Below, piece by piece: positions 13,225-26,088 of a stretch of DNA of 64,000 nucleotides. Each line of letters begins with the position of its first letter. Position 1 is the stretch's first letter. The stretch spans positions 37,262,001 to 37,326,000 of the forward strand of contig OX597827.1 in NCBI GenBank assembly GCA_951406725.2, read 5' to 3'. The position numbers were made by a program, and so were the translations under genes. The DNA is from Octopus vulgaris. Its lineage: Eukaryota. Below the pieces are notes generated by a model that saw nothing but the letters and a program-made list of their open reading frames with translations, was not told where the DNA came from and did no database searches.

Positions 13225-14070
13225 CCTAGTATTTTACTGGTGTTTATGTTACTGATCCTGCAAAGATGATAGCTAAAGTTAATTTATGCAGAATTTGAAC
13301 TCAGAATAGAAGTAAGGGACATACAAAACAAAAGGTGATGATTTTGATATATATTTCTAATTTAGGTACAAGTCCAGCAGTTATGAAGTGGCAAAGTTAG
13401 TCAGTATTTGACCAGTACAGTATATCTTTGACTCCGGTAGAATGAAAGGCAAATTTGACCTTGGCAGGATTTGAACTTGTGGCATAGCTAAAGGGTGAGC
13501 CACCTAGAGCAGCACTTGAGCTTGGACCCTCTTCTTGAGCTTGTACCAGCACCCAAACCTGTACAGGCTTTTACAGCCAACCTAAAAGTACAGCCTCCAT
13601 AAAAATGCTTCACAGGGCTGCCCACCCTTCACCTCCACCCTAGCTGTGCTACTTGTATGAAGTATAGAGCCAATGGCTTTTTATTTGACACTCTAATAAT
13701 TATGTCAACCTTCCCCATTATGGTTTCAATAATTATTTCAAATTTAGTCAAAAAGACCAAGGATTTTTGAGAAATGAAGGTTAGTCAATAACATTAATCC
13801 AAGTACATGACTTAATTTACAAACCCTAAAAAAAGATGAAAAGGTAAAGCTATCCTAGTCTTTCGTTTTTCCAGGGTCAGTCAACTGAAGTTCTGAGTCA
13901 GTAAACTAAAGTACCTCAAGTACTGTGTAAGCAAAATAAAGTACCAGTGAAGTATTGAGTCAGTAAAATAAAGTACCAGTTAACAAAATACTAGTCAAGT
14001 ACTCATATCGACGGTATCAGCTAACACTCTGCTCTTGAAATTGCTGGCTTTCTACCTAAATTAGAAACAA
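13225..14070. mobile_element. Cluster of diverged Nin/Deu-core SINE fragments, both orientations
   Basis: Repeated degenerate GATGAAAGGCAAAGT..GGATTTGAACTCAGAA (minus-strand copies) and AAAATAAAGTACCAGT (plus-strand copies). Confidence 0.6.
13479..13652. mobile_element. Small MITE with imperfect TIRs (hAT-like termini)
   Basis: Left GTGGCATAGCTAAAGGGTG and right CACCCTAGCTGTGCTAC are imperfect inverted repeats. No clear TSD. Confidence 0.45.
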
Positions 14071-14234
14071 GAGTTGCTGTCACTTGTAAAGGAGCCATTG
14101 TTTTATGCATAGAATAATTAATCAGTTACTTTATTGAAATATATTTGTGTATTCAAGAAAGAGATAAGTAAATGATAGGTTAAACAATACTGAAATAAAC
14201 AAAGGATTTAATAGAATGAAACACATATTATTAT

Positions 14235-14451
14235 TCATGAAACACCCTCAAATATCCAGTGGTGATAATTTGCAATTTGAGTTTGAAGAGCATTTTGTGC
14301 CAGAATTTGTACTCTTCTTTCTTGTGAATATCTTAGCAGCTCTCCTTGTCTCTCAGTGTCTGCCTGCCGAAGAGATTCTTTTTTTGTATACTTTATACAT
14401 ATAGTGTAGATCTCTGTGCTTTTGCCTGTCACTGCATTGCTATAAATCTTT
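14235..14451 (-). CDS. Weak candidate terminal exon, unknown product
   Basis: Minus-strand acceptor TTTCAG at 14457-14452, then about 71 open codons (KIYSNAVTGKSTEIY..WIFEGVS*) and ATTAAA about 25 nt downstream. No homology recognised. Confidence 0.2.
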
Positions 14452-14690
14452 CTGAAATTATACAGTCTTCATACACAATAAATTGTTCAATCATAAAATG
14501 AATTCCTTGAAAATGGCTCTGAGAAATTAATCAGTTCATTTATCTTTCAGAAATGATGAAAAGTAAAGGACTGAGACAGACAGACAGGCAGTCAGACTGA
14601 CAGACAGACAGACTGGCAGACATATATATATACAGATAGTGAGTCTCCTTGGGTTGTGTGTTGAGAAGACAGAAATAGACGAATGGATAA

Positions 14691-14726
<36 letters not shown>

Positions 14727-15339
14727 GCAGGCAGGCAGGCAAACAGACAGGCAGGCTGACAGGTAGGCAGGCAGGTAGGTAGATAAGTAGGTAGGTAAGT
14801 AGGTAGGTAGGTAGGTTGGTAGGGAGGGAGAGATCTTATTTAAAATAATGCATATTACAAAAATTAACTACAAAAATGACAAATTTATATTCATGAGTTC
14901 TCTGAGCAAGGAGAATTTATGAATGGAGATATGTATTTGTTTACTTTTTATGGTAAGTTGCTTTTTTTTTAAATAAGGAATTTCTTATTTTCAACAATGG
15001 CAGCTTAATAAGTTAGCTAAATGTTTCTAATGATGGCACTGAGAAAAGAAAACAGTTTGGTGAGAGGAAGACAGATAATACAGTCATTATATTAATGTAC
15101 ATGTCTCTGAGTGCATGTATCTATGGATATAGATACATGCACAGAAAGAGAGAGAAACAGTATTGTCTTTGTATACTATATCTATATATGTAAAATAAGG
15201 GATGTGTGTGTCTGTGTGTGTGTAATACGTATGCATTTCTACAGTTTTCAACTGATTTTCACCAAACATTACACACACATTACTCATGTGCCACGGATGG
15301 TCATACACAATTACATTTAACCCAGAGCAAGAAACATAA

Positions 15340-18300
15340 AGCAAGAAACAGGGGGAAAGGTATTTCCCATGGGTTTTTATAAAATAACTGCAATTTTCAA
15401 CCAATTCTCTCCCTTCGACTTCTGCACTTTCCATCCGTTTCTCTCCCTTTTCTCGCCCGCTCTGTTTATTTATCTCTTCTCTTTCCTTTTTTCAACCTCA
15501 GCAACTGTTACTGTTCCTCTCTTTAATTGTGTCTGTTTCTTTCACTCACTCTCACTCCCCTCCATCTCCCCCCTCTCTCTCTAACTGACACACAATAATT
15601 TCTATCTACTAATTGACTTCCATGTATTTCAAATAATCATGCATTAAAATCTCTGTTGTTACAGTTTTGTGCATTCTTACTGAAAAATAAATTAATTATT
15701 TCTCGTTTTTGTTTATCTAGTGTGTTTAAATTCAGTTTTGCCACATCTGCCTTAAAATTGACTTCAGTTTAAATTCAGTTTCACAAAAACTGCCTGAAAA
15801 TTGACTTCGCTGTATTTCAATTTTGTCGGACATCAATATCTTCGTCTTCACTCTCAATTTTTGACCGATTCTCTGCCTTTGCTTTTTGCAGTTTCCATCT
15901 GATTCTCTCCTTCTTCTCTCACTCTTTACTTATCTCTTCACTTTCCTTTACTCCATTCTCACCATCTGTCACTGATCCTCTCTTTAATTCTGTGTCTGTT
16001 TCTTTCACTCACTCTTCCTCTCTCTCACTCTCTCTCTCCTTTAACTGACACACAATAACTTCTGTCTACAAATTGACATCTGTGTATTTCAGATAGTCTT
16101 GTGTTAAAATCTCTGTTGTTATGATTTTTGTACATTCTGACTGAAAAATGACTTAGTTCTCATTTTTATTCCTCCAGTATGTCTAAATTCAGTTTCAACA
16201 TAAGTGCTTGAAAATTGACTTCAGTGTATTTATGCTATCTGTACGTTCCCCACCACAACGTTACTTTCTCTATTTTAATTTTTTTGCCGCATCTGCATTT
16301 TGTAATTGAAGCTTCTAAACTCTGAGACTGTGCCACCTAAGAAAAGAGCCAGTATTGGTCACAAAACTGCCGCAGCAGAGACATTGAGGAAAAGGAGAGC
16401 AAATGAATCCTGACACGAGACTGCATGAAGACATTCACAAAATGCTGTTTGCACAGCCAATGCCAGAGCCATGGAAAGCAAGGAGCAGCATAGCAGTTGC
16501 CAGATCAGAAATGCTACATCAACAGCTTCCTGAGTCAGTCACAGTACATTGTTCTTCATAAGAGGGATGTTACATCAAGTGCAGCTGCACAGACTGCAGA
16601 GAACAAAGAACAGCATGACATTGCCATGCCAAGAATTGCTACAGCCACTGCTGCTGCACAAGCTGCATAGAATATAGAACACTGTGCCATTTGCCATGCC
16701 AGGTATGCTACAGCAACAGCTGCTGCACAAACTACAGTGTGCCATTTGCCAGAACAGAGAGTCTACAGCAACTGCTGCAAGAGCAACAGAGACTGTATAA
16801 CATCGATTTAAAAGGTTTGGGGATAATGTTCAGAGAAGAGGTAATATCCAGGGTATTTCCAGACCCTGCAGTTTATGGTAGCTCTTACAAGCATTCCACT
16901 ATGACTCCAATATCCACTACACCATCTATCCAGATATTCAAATCAGTGGTATGTCATTTACTTGCTCATTCTGCAACACCAAGAGATGACCAGGAGAAAC
17001 TTCTGGAATGTGCTTCCCTGATGGGAAGGTCCAATTGCGACCCCACCTTGAAGATCCATCACAGCTGTTGAAGCTTCTACTCACAGGTACAACTGTGGAG
17101 TCGAGGCACTCCCTGGATAGCATTCAAAAATACAATTGTGCATTTCAGATGACCTCTTTCGGGGAAAATATTATCAGTGAGAGTGGATTTATACCCACTT
17201 TCAAAGTGCAGAGACAGGTGTATCATAGGATTGGATCACTCCAGCCTCAGGAGAATGAAAAGCCTCGATTTCTTCGGCTGTACTTTGTTGGGAACTACTA
17301 TGAGCAAGCAGACACGTGAAACTCCATTTCACCTGGTATTGACATGGAGCTCATTCTGCAACTTCAGGATATGATCCATTCTAGAAACAGCTATGTTCAA
17401 AGGCTCAAGTATGCTTTGGAAACAGAAACTATGCCAAATTTCACCATTGTACTAAATGCTGACCAAAGGCCATCTAGGGAACTTGCAGGCTGCTATAATG
17501 CACTAGCATGCAATAAGATTGCCGTTGTCCTCCATGGTGACCAGTACAAGAGCAGAGACATTGTTCTCAAGCATCGAGACAACACACTACAATGGATCAA
17601 TAAAACACATAGATCCTACGATGCACTTCAATATCCCATTCTCTTTGTAAATGGCGAGAATGGTTACCATTTTGACTTTCCAAAGTGTAGCACCAACAAT
17701 GATGGATAGAAAATCAGCAAAACAGTTTCATGTACAGACTTCTACATGTACTGCTTTATGACACACAAGAACTGCTTCAATTACCTACACTGTTCACAAG
17801 AACTCTACCACCAATTTGCAGTTGATATGAGTGCAAAGATGGAGTCTGAGAGATTGGGGTTCATCAGATTAAATCAGAAAAAGCTGCATTGTGACAGCTA
17901 CATCCACCTTCAAGATGGTATCAACAATGATGCAGTTCCTGGTAGCAATGGACAAGTTTGCATCCTTCCATCTAATTTTACAGGAGGTCTCTGCTATTTG
18001 CATGAGAGGACCCAGGATGCAATGACATATGAGAGGCCTGATCTATTTATCACCTTCACATGCAATCCTAAGTGGCAGGGGATCAGTAGTGAACGCTTCG
18101 TGGGTCAAAAACTTAAACACAGGCATGACCTCATAGCCAGAGTCTTTCAGTTAAAGTTGATTAAACTGATGGACCTCATCATAAAGGGTCAGGTATTTGG
18201 ACATATGACATGTATACTGTGGAATGGCAAAGAAGAGGCCTACCTCATTCTCATATCCGGATTTGGTTGTTGACCAAGATCAACTCCAATGACATTAATA

Positions 18301-18700
18301 ATTATTAATGTCATTAATATTAACTATGCTGAGTACTAGATCCATCCACTGACAGGGAACTGTATGCCATAGTGAAGATAAACATGGTGCATGACCCATG
18401 TGGACATGGCTTCAACTTACACTCACCCTGTCTCAAGGGCAATGTTTGCACCAAAAACTTACCCCAACATATTTTTGGGGAAACCCAGACTGGTCTTCAT
18501 GGGTATCCATCATACAGGCAAAGAAAACTTGAAGATGGAGGATTTACTGCTGGGGGTTGGACAGCACAAAGTTGATAACAGATGGATAGCCCCCTGCTGT
18601 CCACTCCTACTCACGACATTCAACACCCACGTCAATGTTGAATTTTGCAGCTCTGTGTTAAATCTATAAAATGCATATGTAAGTATGTGAGCAAGAGTTC
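15340..18700 (+). mobile_element. Helitron 5' portion: Rep (HUH endonuclease) pseudogene with upstream non-coding region
   Basis: Motifs FQMTSFG, YDALQYPILF, RPDLFITFTCNPKW (motif 1), VEWQRRGLPHSHI (HUH motif 2, about 18219-18257), MVHDPCG, VDNRW, HVNVEFC and KCICKYVSK (degenerate Y2 motif). The reading frame starts about 16330 and has many disablements. Confidence 0.93.
15395..16230 (+). repeat. Diverged direct duplication of about 400-450 bp inside the Helitron 5' region
   Basis: TAACTGACACACAATAA..AATTGAC..TTAAAATCTCTGTTGTT..CTGAAAAAT occurs at about 15582-15690 and again at about 16042-16150. Confidence 0.8.
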
Positions 18701-18799
18701 TATATCACATACACAATGTGAACTATGGGGCACAAGTGGTGTAGTGGAATCACAATCACACTAACAGCGGATAAGGATTTTGTACATGAGAGATGCACA

Positions 18800-19390
18800 G
18801 TTCTTATCAGTTGATAGTCTCCATAGAATTAGTTGGTAGCCCCTGTAACTAAGTTGACTTAATCAACATTGGAGGAGAGTGTTCTGTAAGCATAGTAGCC
18901 AGAATTAAAAAGAAAAACAGTGGAAAAAGTTCAAGGAGCAATAGTTACTTGTTTTGACAGTAAGGGAATTTTCACTTTAAAAGAGGGCCTTGATTATGAA
19001 CTTGCTTGCATATGAACTGTGATGTTGCATGGTAGTGACATAACATGGGCATTGAATATAGATGTGTAAAGGTTGGAAGGAAGTGAAGTATCCATTTGTT
19101 GATGTATAGTATTAGTGTGCATGGAATAACTATAGGTAAGCTGAAAGAAAAACTTGGTATAACCAGAATCCAGAGTAGTGGATAAGAGGAGATAACTATA
19201 TTAGTAGAGGTAGGTAATACATATGGATGATGGCTAATGAGTAAAGAAGTGGAAGGGATCAGGAGAAGAGGTAGACTGAAAAAATGTGAGTAGAAATAGT
19301 GAAACCTGATCTTGGAATGCTGAACATCACAAGAAAAGACACCAGAATGCAACAAGAAGCAGGATACTATGTGGGAGAGGACCTATCAAT
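18800..19390 (+). mobile_element. Highly decayed RTE LINE 3' fragment
   Basis: Translated remnants GGECSVSIVARIK, WKKFKE and TVMLHGSD.WAL are typical of the RTE C-terminal region. Confidence 0.6.
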
Positions 19391-19775
19391 ACAATGTATA
19401 AAATACATAATCAATGCAAGAAATTACTTGGGGATGCCATCTGCATGTAAAGCTAATATCTAAATCAATGTTAACATTAGGTAATGAGTAAAAACACATT
19501 AATTAATGCAACAAGGAGAGAAAATGTTGACTCACTGCTTAAATCTAATCAAGGCATGTAAGGAATATAACTTTGAAATCTCAATTAATTACTTAATTAC
19601 AGTTATTCTCATCATTCCATGCATATTTGTAATTGAGATTAAGATTTCAGAGTTGTCCTATCTGCTTGATTTTATCCGTTTTAAGTAACAAACTAGTGCT
19701 TTCTTCACCTCACTGCAGAAGTCTTAATTTAATCATTCCTTTCTTATCATTACATTTATTATCTTAATACTTCAT

Positions 19776-19807
<32 letters not shown>

Positions 19808-19944
19808 TGTATGTATGTATGTATGTATGTATGTATGTGTGTGTGTGTGTGTGTGTGCATGTATGTATGTATGTAAATGGATATATCTGTGAGTGTGTGC
19901 ATATGTTTTGTTTGATATTTATTTGGACCATGTTACATTTCCAG

Positions 19945-20006
19945 GGCTGTTGAAGGGCATGATCACTCTACAGCTGTGGTTCATATGGAACTACTGGATT
20001 CTGATG
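19945..20006 (+). CDS. Candidate isolated 62-bp internal exon of an unidentified host gene
   Basis: Acceptor TTACATTTCCAG|G and consensus donor ATG|GTAAGT. Two frames are open: AVEGHDHSTAVVHMELLDSD or LLKGMITLQLWFIWNYWILM. Confidence 0.45.
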
Positions 20007-20653
20007 GTAAGTACATTTTCTAATTCTCATTGTGTTGTCAAGAAATATATAAATGAGATACCTAGGGAGGCTTGTTGTGACTAGGGAGGCTGTCCGGTGT
20101 TAGCATCAGTGGTTTGATATTGTAACACTTCTTTACTTCCAGTTCAGTCTGGATCAAGCACATTCATAACCAATCAATAATGCATGAGTCAGTGGAGTGT
20201 AGTAGCCTGTGGTTATAATGGTTGAGGGCCAGTGGAGGGGTTGTATGGCTTGTCAGTTGTATGAGTTTGTATGACAGTGATGGAAGTGGGCCAGTAATGA
20301 GTGGAGAGACTTGTATATTCCAGGGGTGTGATATTGTATGGACAGATTTATATCTTTGAATTAAAGATAGTTATAGGCACAGACATGGATGTGAGGTTAT
20401 GAAGATTGCTTTGTAACCCCATGGTTCAGAATCTATTTGACTTCACAGTGCTTTGGAAAGATGTCTTCAATTATAGCTTTGTGCTAACCAAAGCCTAAAG
20501 TGAAATTGGTAGACAGAAACTGTAAGGAAGCCTGTTAAATATGTACATACATAAATACACACACATGCTTGCATACATACATACATACATACATACATAC
20601 ATACATACATACATACATACATACATACATACATACATAAATACATACATACA

Positions 20654-21158
20654 TGATGGCTGCCCCTCGTTATCGAGTATGGCCATTGCACGAAGCTTAA
20701 CTGTTATTGGTGCAGTGATCGAATGTGACTTTTATTTGCTTTTTTAAGGCTACAGCCAGCCATTCAGCTGAGACTCACAGCACCATCAACAATCATGAAC
20801 AATGTTGTTATCGTGCAATGCCTGTGCAAGAAGATTTTTTTAAAGTGAGGAAAGGCTGTGCACTGAGTCAATCCCACTCACTAAGCAACAGCAGCCATAA
20901 TCCGATAAGAAGAACAAGTCAACATCATCGGTAACCACTGAGCCGCAGGTTTTATGTCGGAGTTATCCCAGTTACCTGAGTTACCTTCTCCTAGAAGGAT
21001 GCCCTAACAATGGCTAGGAGTCCTTCACTCCCAATGGTTTAACCACGTGATCGGGTATTCAGTCCGATTATTTCTATGTCCCCGCACATGATACAGCCTT
21101 AAGCCTTAAGAAAGAAAAAAATTACACATTTATTGGATGGCCGTTGACTCTCAAGAGT
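20654..21158 (-). mobile_element. About 500-bp non-coding interspersed element embedded in (TACA)n, probable non-autonomous retroposon
   Basis: CpG-retaining complex sequence flanked on both sides by (ACAT)n. The minus-strand end CGATAACGAGGGGCAGCCATCA runs into (TGTA)n, resembling RTE-type tails. Confidence 0.5.
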
Positions 21159-21185
21159 CATACATACATACATACATACATACAT

Positions 21186-21250
<65 letters not shown>

Positions 21251-22037
21251 TACATACATACCATTTTACTGTTTCCATTAATATGTTTGCTAATTTTCAC
21301 ATACGAATGCATGTTAATCTGCCTGTGGTTATTCAAATAATATGAATACATGTGTATGTTGATAGCATATTAAAGTTCTTGAAAAAACACAGCCATCCTT
21401 CAAAAATCAACAGTGCATGAAACTCCAACAGCTTAAGCCCTCCTTTTTGATTCTAAACCTTATTTTATCCTCCCTTTATATTTCTCTGTGCTTCCCATTA
21501 TATTCATTTGTTTGTTTTGTTTTTTTATCTCTAACTATATGCTTTATTGCTTATATATTTACTGCTTATCTGTTTATTCCTTTAAATTAATGCTGGGTTG
21601 GTCATTCCATCAATTTTTAAAAAAAATTGTTCTAGAAGCCAATCTCTTTGATACATCTATTTTATTGTTTACTTTTATATTTTTCTGATTCTTTGAATGT
21701 TGATATTTTTATTTTTCAAACTTTATTGTATGTATCTACTGCTTCTTCTTCTGAGTTTGTATTGATCTGTGGCCTCTACTTCCTTAAAGCAAATCATAAA
21801 TAGTAACATGATGAGTAAATTTATCGCTTGTGGAATATATATTAGGTCAGCTTGCTTTCTGTAGTAGAGTCAATGTTTTGAACTACCATGAATTGTTCTA
21901 AAGATTTATCTGGTTGTTAAATTTTCAGCACACTTGTATATGTGGCTGTACACACACACATATGTATGTATATGGCTGTACACACACATGTATATTTATA
22001 TGGCTGTACACACACATATATATTTATATGTATATTT

Positions 22038-22075
<38 letters not shown>

Positions 22076-22911
22076 CGTGTGTGTACATGTGTTTGAATGC
22101 TCTGTTATCTAGCTAGCAATGTTATGAAACAGCTGTAATCAGAAGGAATAAACATCTATTTATTCTCCTCATTTCTCTTATCTATGTTTATACTATCTCT
22201 CTCTCTCTCTTTCTCTCTTTTTCTCTCTCTTTTTCTCTCTCTCTCTCTCTCTTTCTCTCTTTTTCAGTGTGTGTGTGTGTGTATTCAATATATAAAAAAT
22301 TTATCCAGGATCCAAATGTAAGAAGCTGGTAAGCTTCAAGGAGTGAGTGGCAGGTGGATGCTGAACCTGGATGTGCATTCATCCATCCGTCGATGCTCTC
22401 AGTGTTGGGGGTTGACCTGCTTTCTCTTCTGCAGGTCTTAGGAATAGCAAAGGACCAAGTTTCGGACTTCTCCCATCTTGCGAGCTCTGGGACAAAGACC
22501 GTTCACTCAACAGCAACGGCAGCATACATGCAGCAGATAGACATTTGGATACATACAGGCATACAAAAAAATCCATCTATTCATCCATCCATACATCAAT
22601 CTATATCTATTCTTATATTTGTCTATCCATCCATATATACACACTTACATGCATGCATACGTACATATACATACACATGCATGCATTTACACACACACAC
22701 ACTTGTTGGAGCATCTGGCCATATGGCTAACTGGCTCAATGCTAATCTTGAGAAATTAAGTATCACAAAACTATGAAGATACTTAAAATTCCAGCTATGA
22801 GCTATTAAAGGTACTGTCAATATATGTAAAACATTCAAAAAGTTCAACGTGTTATAAGCTCTACACATACAATGACATTTATGGCCACATCCATGTGAAT
22901 GTGCACATACA

Positions 22912-24077
22912 GGCGTAGGAGTGGCTGTGTGTATGAACCACATGGTTCCGGGTTCAGGCCCACTGCGTGGCACCTTAGGCAAGTGTCTTCTACTATAGCC
23001 TCGGGTCGACCAAAGCCTTGTGAGTGGATTTGGTAGACGGAAACTGAAAGAAGTTTGTCGTATATATATATACTAGCAGCATAGCCCGGGTATGTAGGAA
23101 ACTTTGTCGATAAGCAATGCCCTTTACCTTTTTACCCTTTTTTGTACTCATTGAACCGTTATTTTATAAAATAAAGCCTAAAAGGCATTAAGGCATTCAA
23201 GGCACCATTCCCTTGCATGCATGACTACAGCCCAACATTACTCGGATTTGAAGCAAAAGGAAAACATATGCCATTTCTAGTAACCTTTATGATAAAAGCG
23301 GCAAAAATCGACTAAATCGCCTGAAATCCGCCAAATATTTAACAAAAGTCAGTTTTGTAGGGTTCACATGGTCGGTCTCAAAATGATATGGTTTTGTCGA
23401 TTTCTCACAATACTTGTTAACTGCATTGACAGAAGGTCGTTAGTTTGACATTTAATGCAAACTTGATGTCCAACGTCAGTGTAGGGAAAATCTATGTGAA
23501 CTTTCAAAAAATATCGCAGAAAAATCGGTTTGCTATGTGGCCACATATGATGTAATTAACCGATTTTTTCCAGTAATAACGTATCCTATTAGAATCAAAA
23601 GGGCCATATAGCTCCTTGGAGCAGACATGATGGTCGCTCTGAATTTCAAAAAAACATTCCTGCCAATTTGTTAAAGATATTGTCGAAAATATGTCATCTT
23701 GAATTTGAACGCAATTTCCCAAAATGGCATGATTTTATCGATTTTTTCTGATGGTAAGGTATTGCATGGAAAACTAACATCAGAATTAAGTTCCTTAGGG
23801 TAACATTAAGCTTCACCAGGAGTTTTTGTGAAAGTCGATTGCAAGTTGCGAAAACTACAATGGAAAATGCGTTGCATATGATAAGCTTAGATTCTCGACC
23901 CCTTGTCGAATTTATCGATTTTTTTCAGAACTGGGGGAACTTTTCAAAATTTTCGCTGCGTTAGTTTTGAATTATGACATTGGGATATGTGTGTGTCAAG
24001 TTTCATCAGAATTGGTTCAAAGCCATGTCAGGGTGAGGGTACAACCTGACAGACACACAGATAGACAAACTGCCTTT

Positions 24078-24133
<56 letters not shown>

Positions 24134-24335
24134 AGTTTGTGTGTCTGTGTTTGTCCCCCTAACATCGCTTGACAACCAATGCTGGTGTGTTTACGTCACC
24201 ATAACTTAGCGGTTTGGCAAAAGCGACTGATAGAATAAGTACTAGGCTTACAAAGAATAAGTCCTGGGGTCGATTTGCTCGACTAAAGGCAGTGCTCCAG
24301 CATGGCCACAGTCAAATGACTGAAACAAGTAAATA
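22912..24335 (+). mobile_element. tRNA-derived SINE (family A), split by an insertion of about 1 kb
   Basis: The 5' half GGCGTAGGAGTGGCTGTGTG..GGTTCAGGCCC..GAAACTGAAAGAAG ends at about 23060. The 3' half GTGTTTGTCCCC..TGACTGAAACAAGTAAA resumes at about 24140. Confidence 0.9.
23073..24088 (-). mobile_element. Non-autonomous Helitron-like element
   Basis: The minus-strand 3' end is CCCGGGCTATGCTGCTAG|T (CTAG at 23073-23076). The 5' end TATATAAAAGGCAGTTTGTCT merges into (TA)n. No TSD; CpG-richer interior; interrupts a SINE. Confidence 0.7.
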
Positions 24336-24440
24336 GTAAATAATAATACATATGTATATGGATACATGTGAGCATGCATATGCATGCAGACATATACACA
24401 TACATACATTCATATATACAAGTCTATCCTCTTTTATTCT

Positions 24441-24646
24441 TTTACTCTTTTACTTCTTTCAGTCATTTGGCTGTGGCCATGCTGGAGCACTGCCTTTAGT
24501 TGAGCAAATCGACCCCAGGACTTATTCTTTGTAAGCCTAGTACTTATTCTATCGGTCTTTTTTGCCAAACCACTAAGTTATGGGGGACATAAACACACCA
24601 GCATCAGTTGTCAAGTGATGTTGGGGGAACAAACACAGACACACAA

Positions 24647-24681
<35 letters not shown>

Positions 24682-24872
24682 CACACATATATATATATAT
24701 ACATATATGCAACGGGCCTCTCTCAGTTTCCCTCTACCAAATGCACTCGCAAGGCTTTGGTTGGCCCGAGGCTACAGTAGAAGACACTTGCCCAAGGTGC
24801 CATGCAGTGGGACTGAACCCAGAACCATGTGGTTCGTAAGCAAGCTACTTACCACACACCCACCCCTACGCC
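24441..24872 (-). mobile_element. tRNA-derived SINE (family A), full length
   Basis: Reverse complement of the 26746-27130 copy, with an internal (CA/TA) tract. Confidence 0.92.
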
Positions 24873-25870
24873 TGTTGATGTTGTCTAATTTCCAGTGAAA
24901 AACTCTTGCTTGTACATTAGAGGCTGGCTCTAACTCCATTAGTGAGAAATTTGAAAAATAAAACCATGAAAAATCTCTCTCTCTCTTTTCTCCTTCTCTT
25001 TCTCTTTTCTCCCTCTCTTTCTCTCTCTCTCCTCTCTCTCTCTCTCTCACACGCACACACATACAACCAATATTCATTCATTGATGTATATACAAACATA
25101 CATAAATTCATGCACATGCACATGAATAGCCCATGTCTATCCATACACACACGTGTATATGCAAACATATATATGCATATACACACACACATAAACACAC
25201 ACGCATATAAACCTACATACACATACCTACATACATACACATATTATCAATACCTCTTTCAAGTATTCTTAACATTCTCCCCAAAGCTTTCAAGTTCTTC
25301 CAATTTCATTGTATTCTGTAAATCTCTTCATAAATTGTCCAAAATATATACTTTTTGATTGACCACCACTCATTAGGAAAGTCTACCTTTAACATTCAGC
25401 CAGTCATTGATGTTACTGTCTCCCATTGTCTTACATAAAATTCTACTTCACAGACAATTAATGTTAAAGGTCATGTGTTAGGTTACTGCCAGCTATTGTT
25501 ACATCTCCAGTGTTGCCAGTCTGTTAATATATACTGTAAAGTTTGTACTAACATATATACTGGTAGGAGATAATAAAATTTAATCAATTAAAATGATGCC
25601 TTTAATGAGGAGAAAAATATAATTATCTTTATGATAAGGTGCAAGCATGGTTATGTGGTTAAGAAACTTGCTTAGCAACCACATGATTTTAGGTTTAGTC
25701 CAACTGTGCAATTTCGGTTGACCAGTGTTTTATACACACACACACACACATGCGCACACTCACACGCATGCGCACACACACACATACACACACACATGCA
25801 CACACACACACACGTGCATGCACGCACACACTCACACAAACACACACTCACACACATGTATATATTATTG

Positions 25871-25957
25871 TTATACAACGATGCTGTTGACTGTAACTTC
25901 AAAATTCCAGCCATTGTTGGAAACTTCAAAGTTACTGTCAGCAACATTCGTGTATAA
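25871..25957. other. Imperfect 87-nt hairpin
   Basis: TTATACAACGATGCTGTTGACTGTAACTT..TTCCAGC, loop CATT, then GTTGGAA..AAGTTACTGTCAGCAACATTCGTGTATAA. Confidence 0.7.
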
Positions 25958-26047
25958 GAATAATAAATTTGTACTCTACAAAAGTGTCGAGTTATTCATT
26001 AGATTAAGGTAAAATTTTTATCATAACTGAACATAAAAACAAGCATT

Positions 26048-26088
<41 letters not shown>

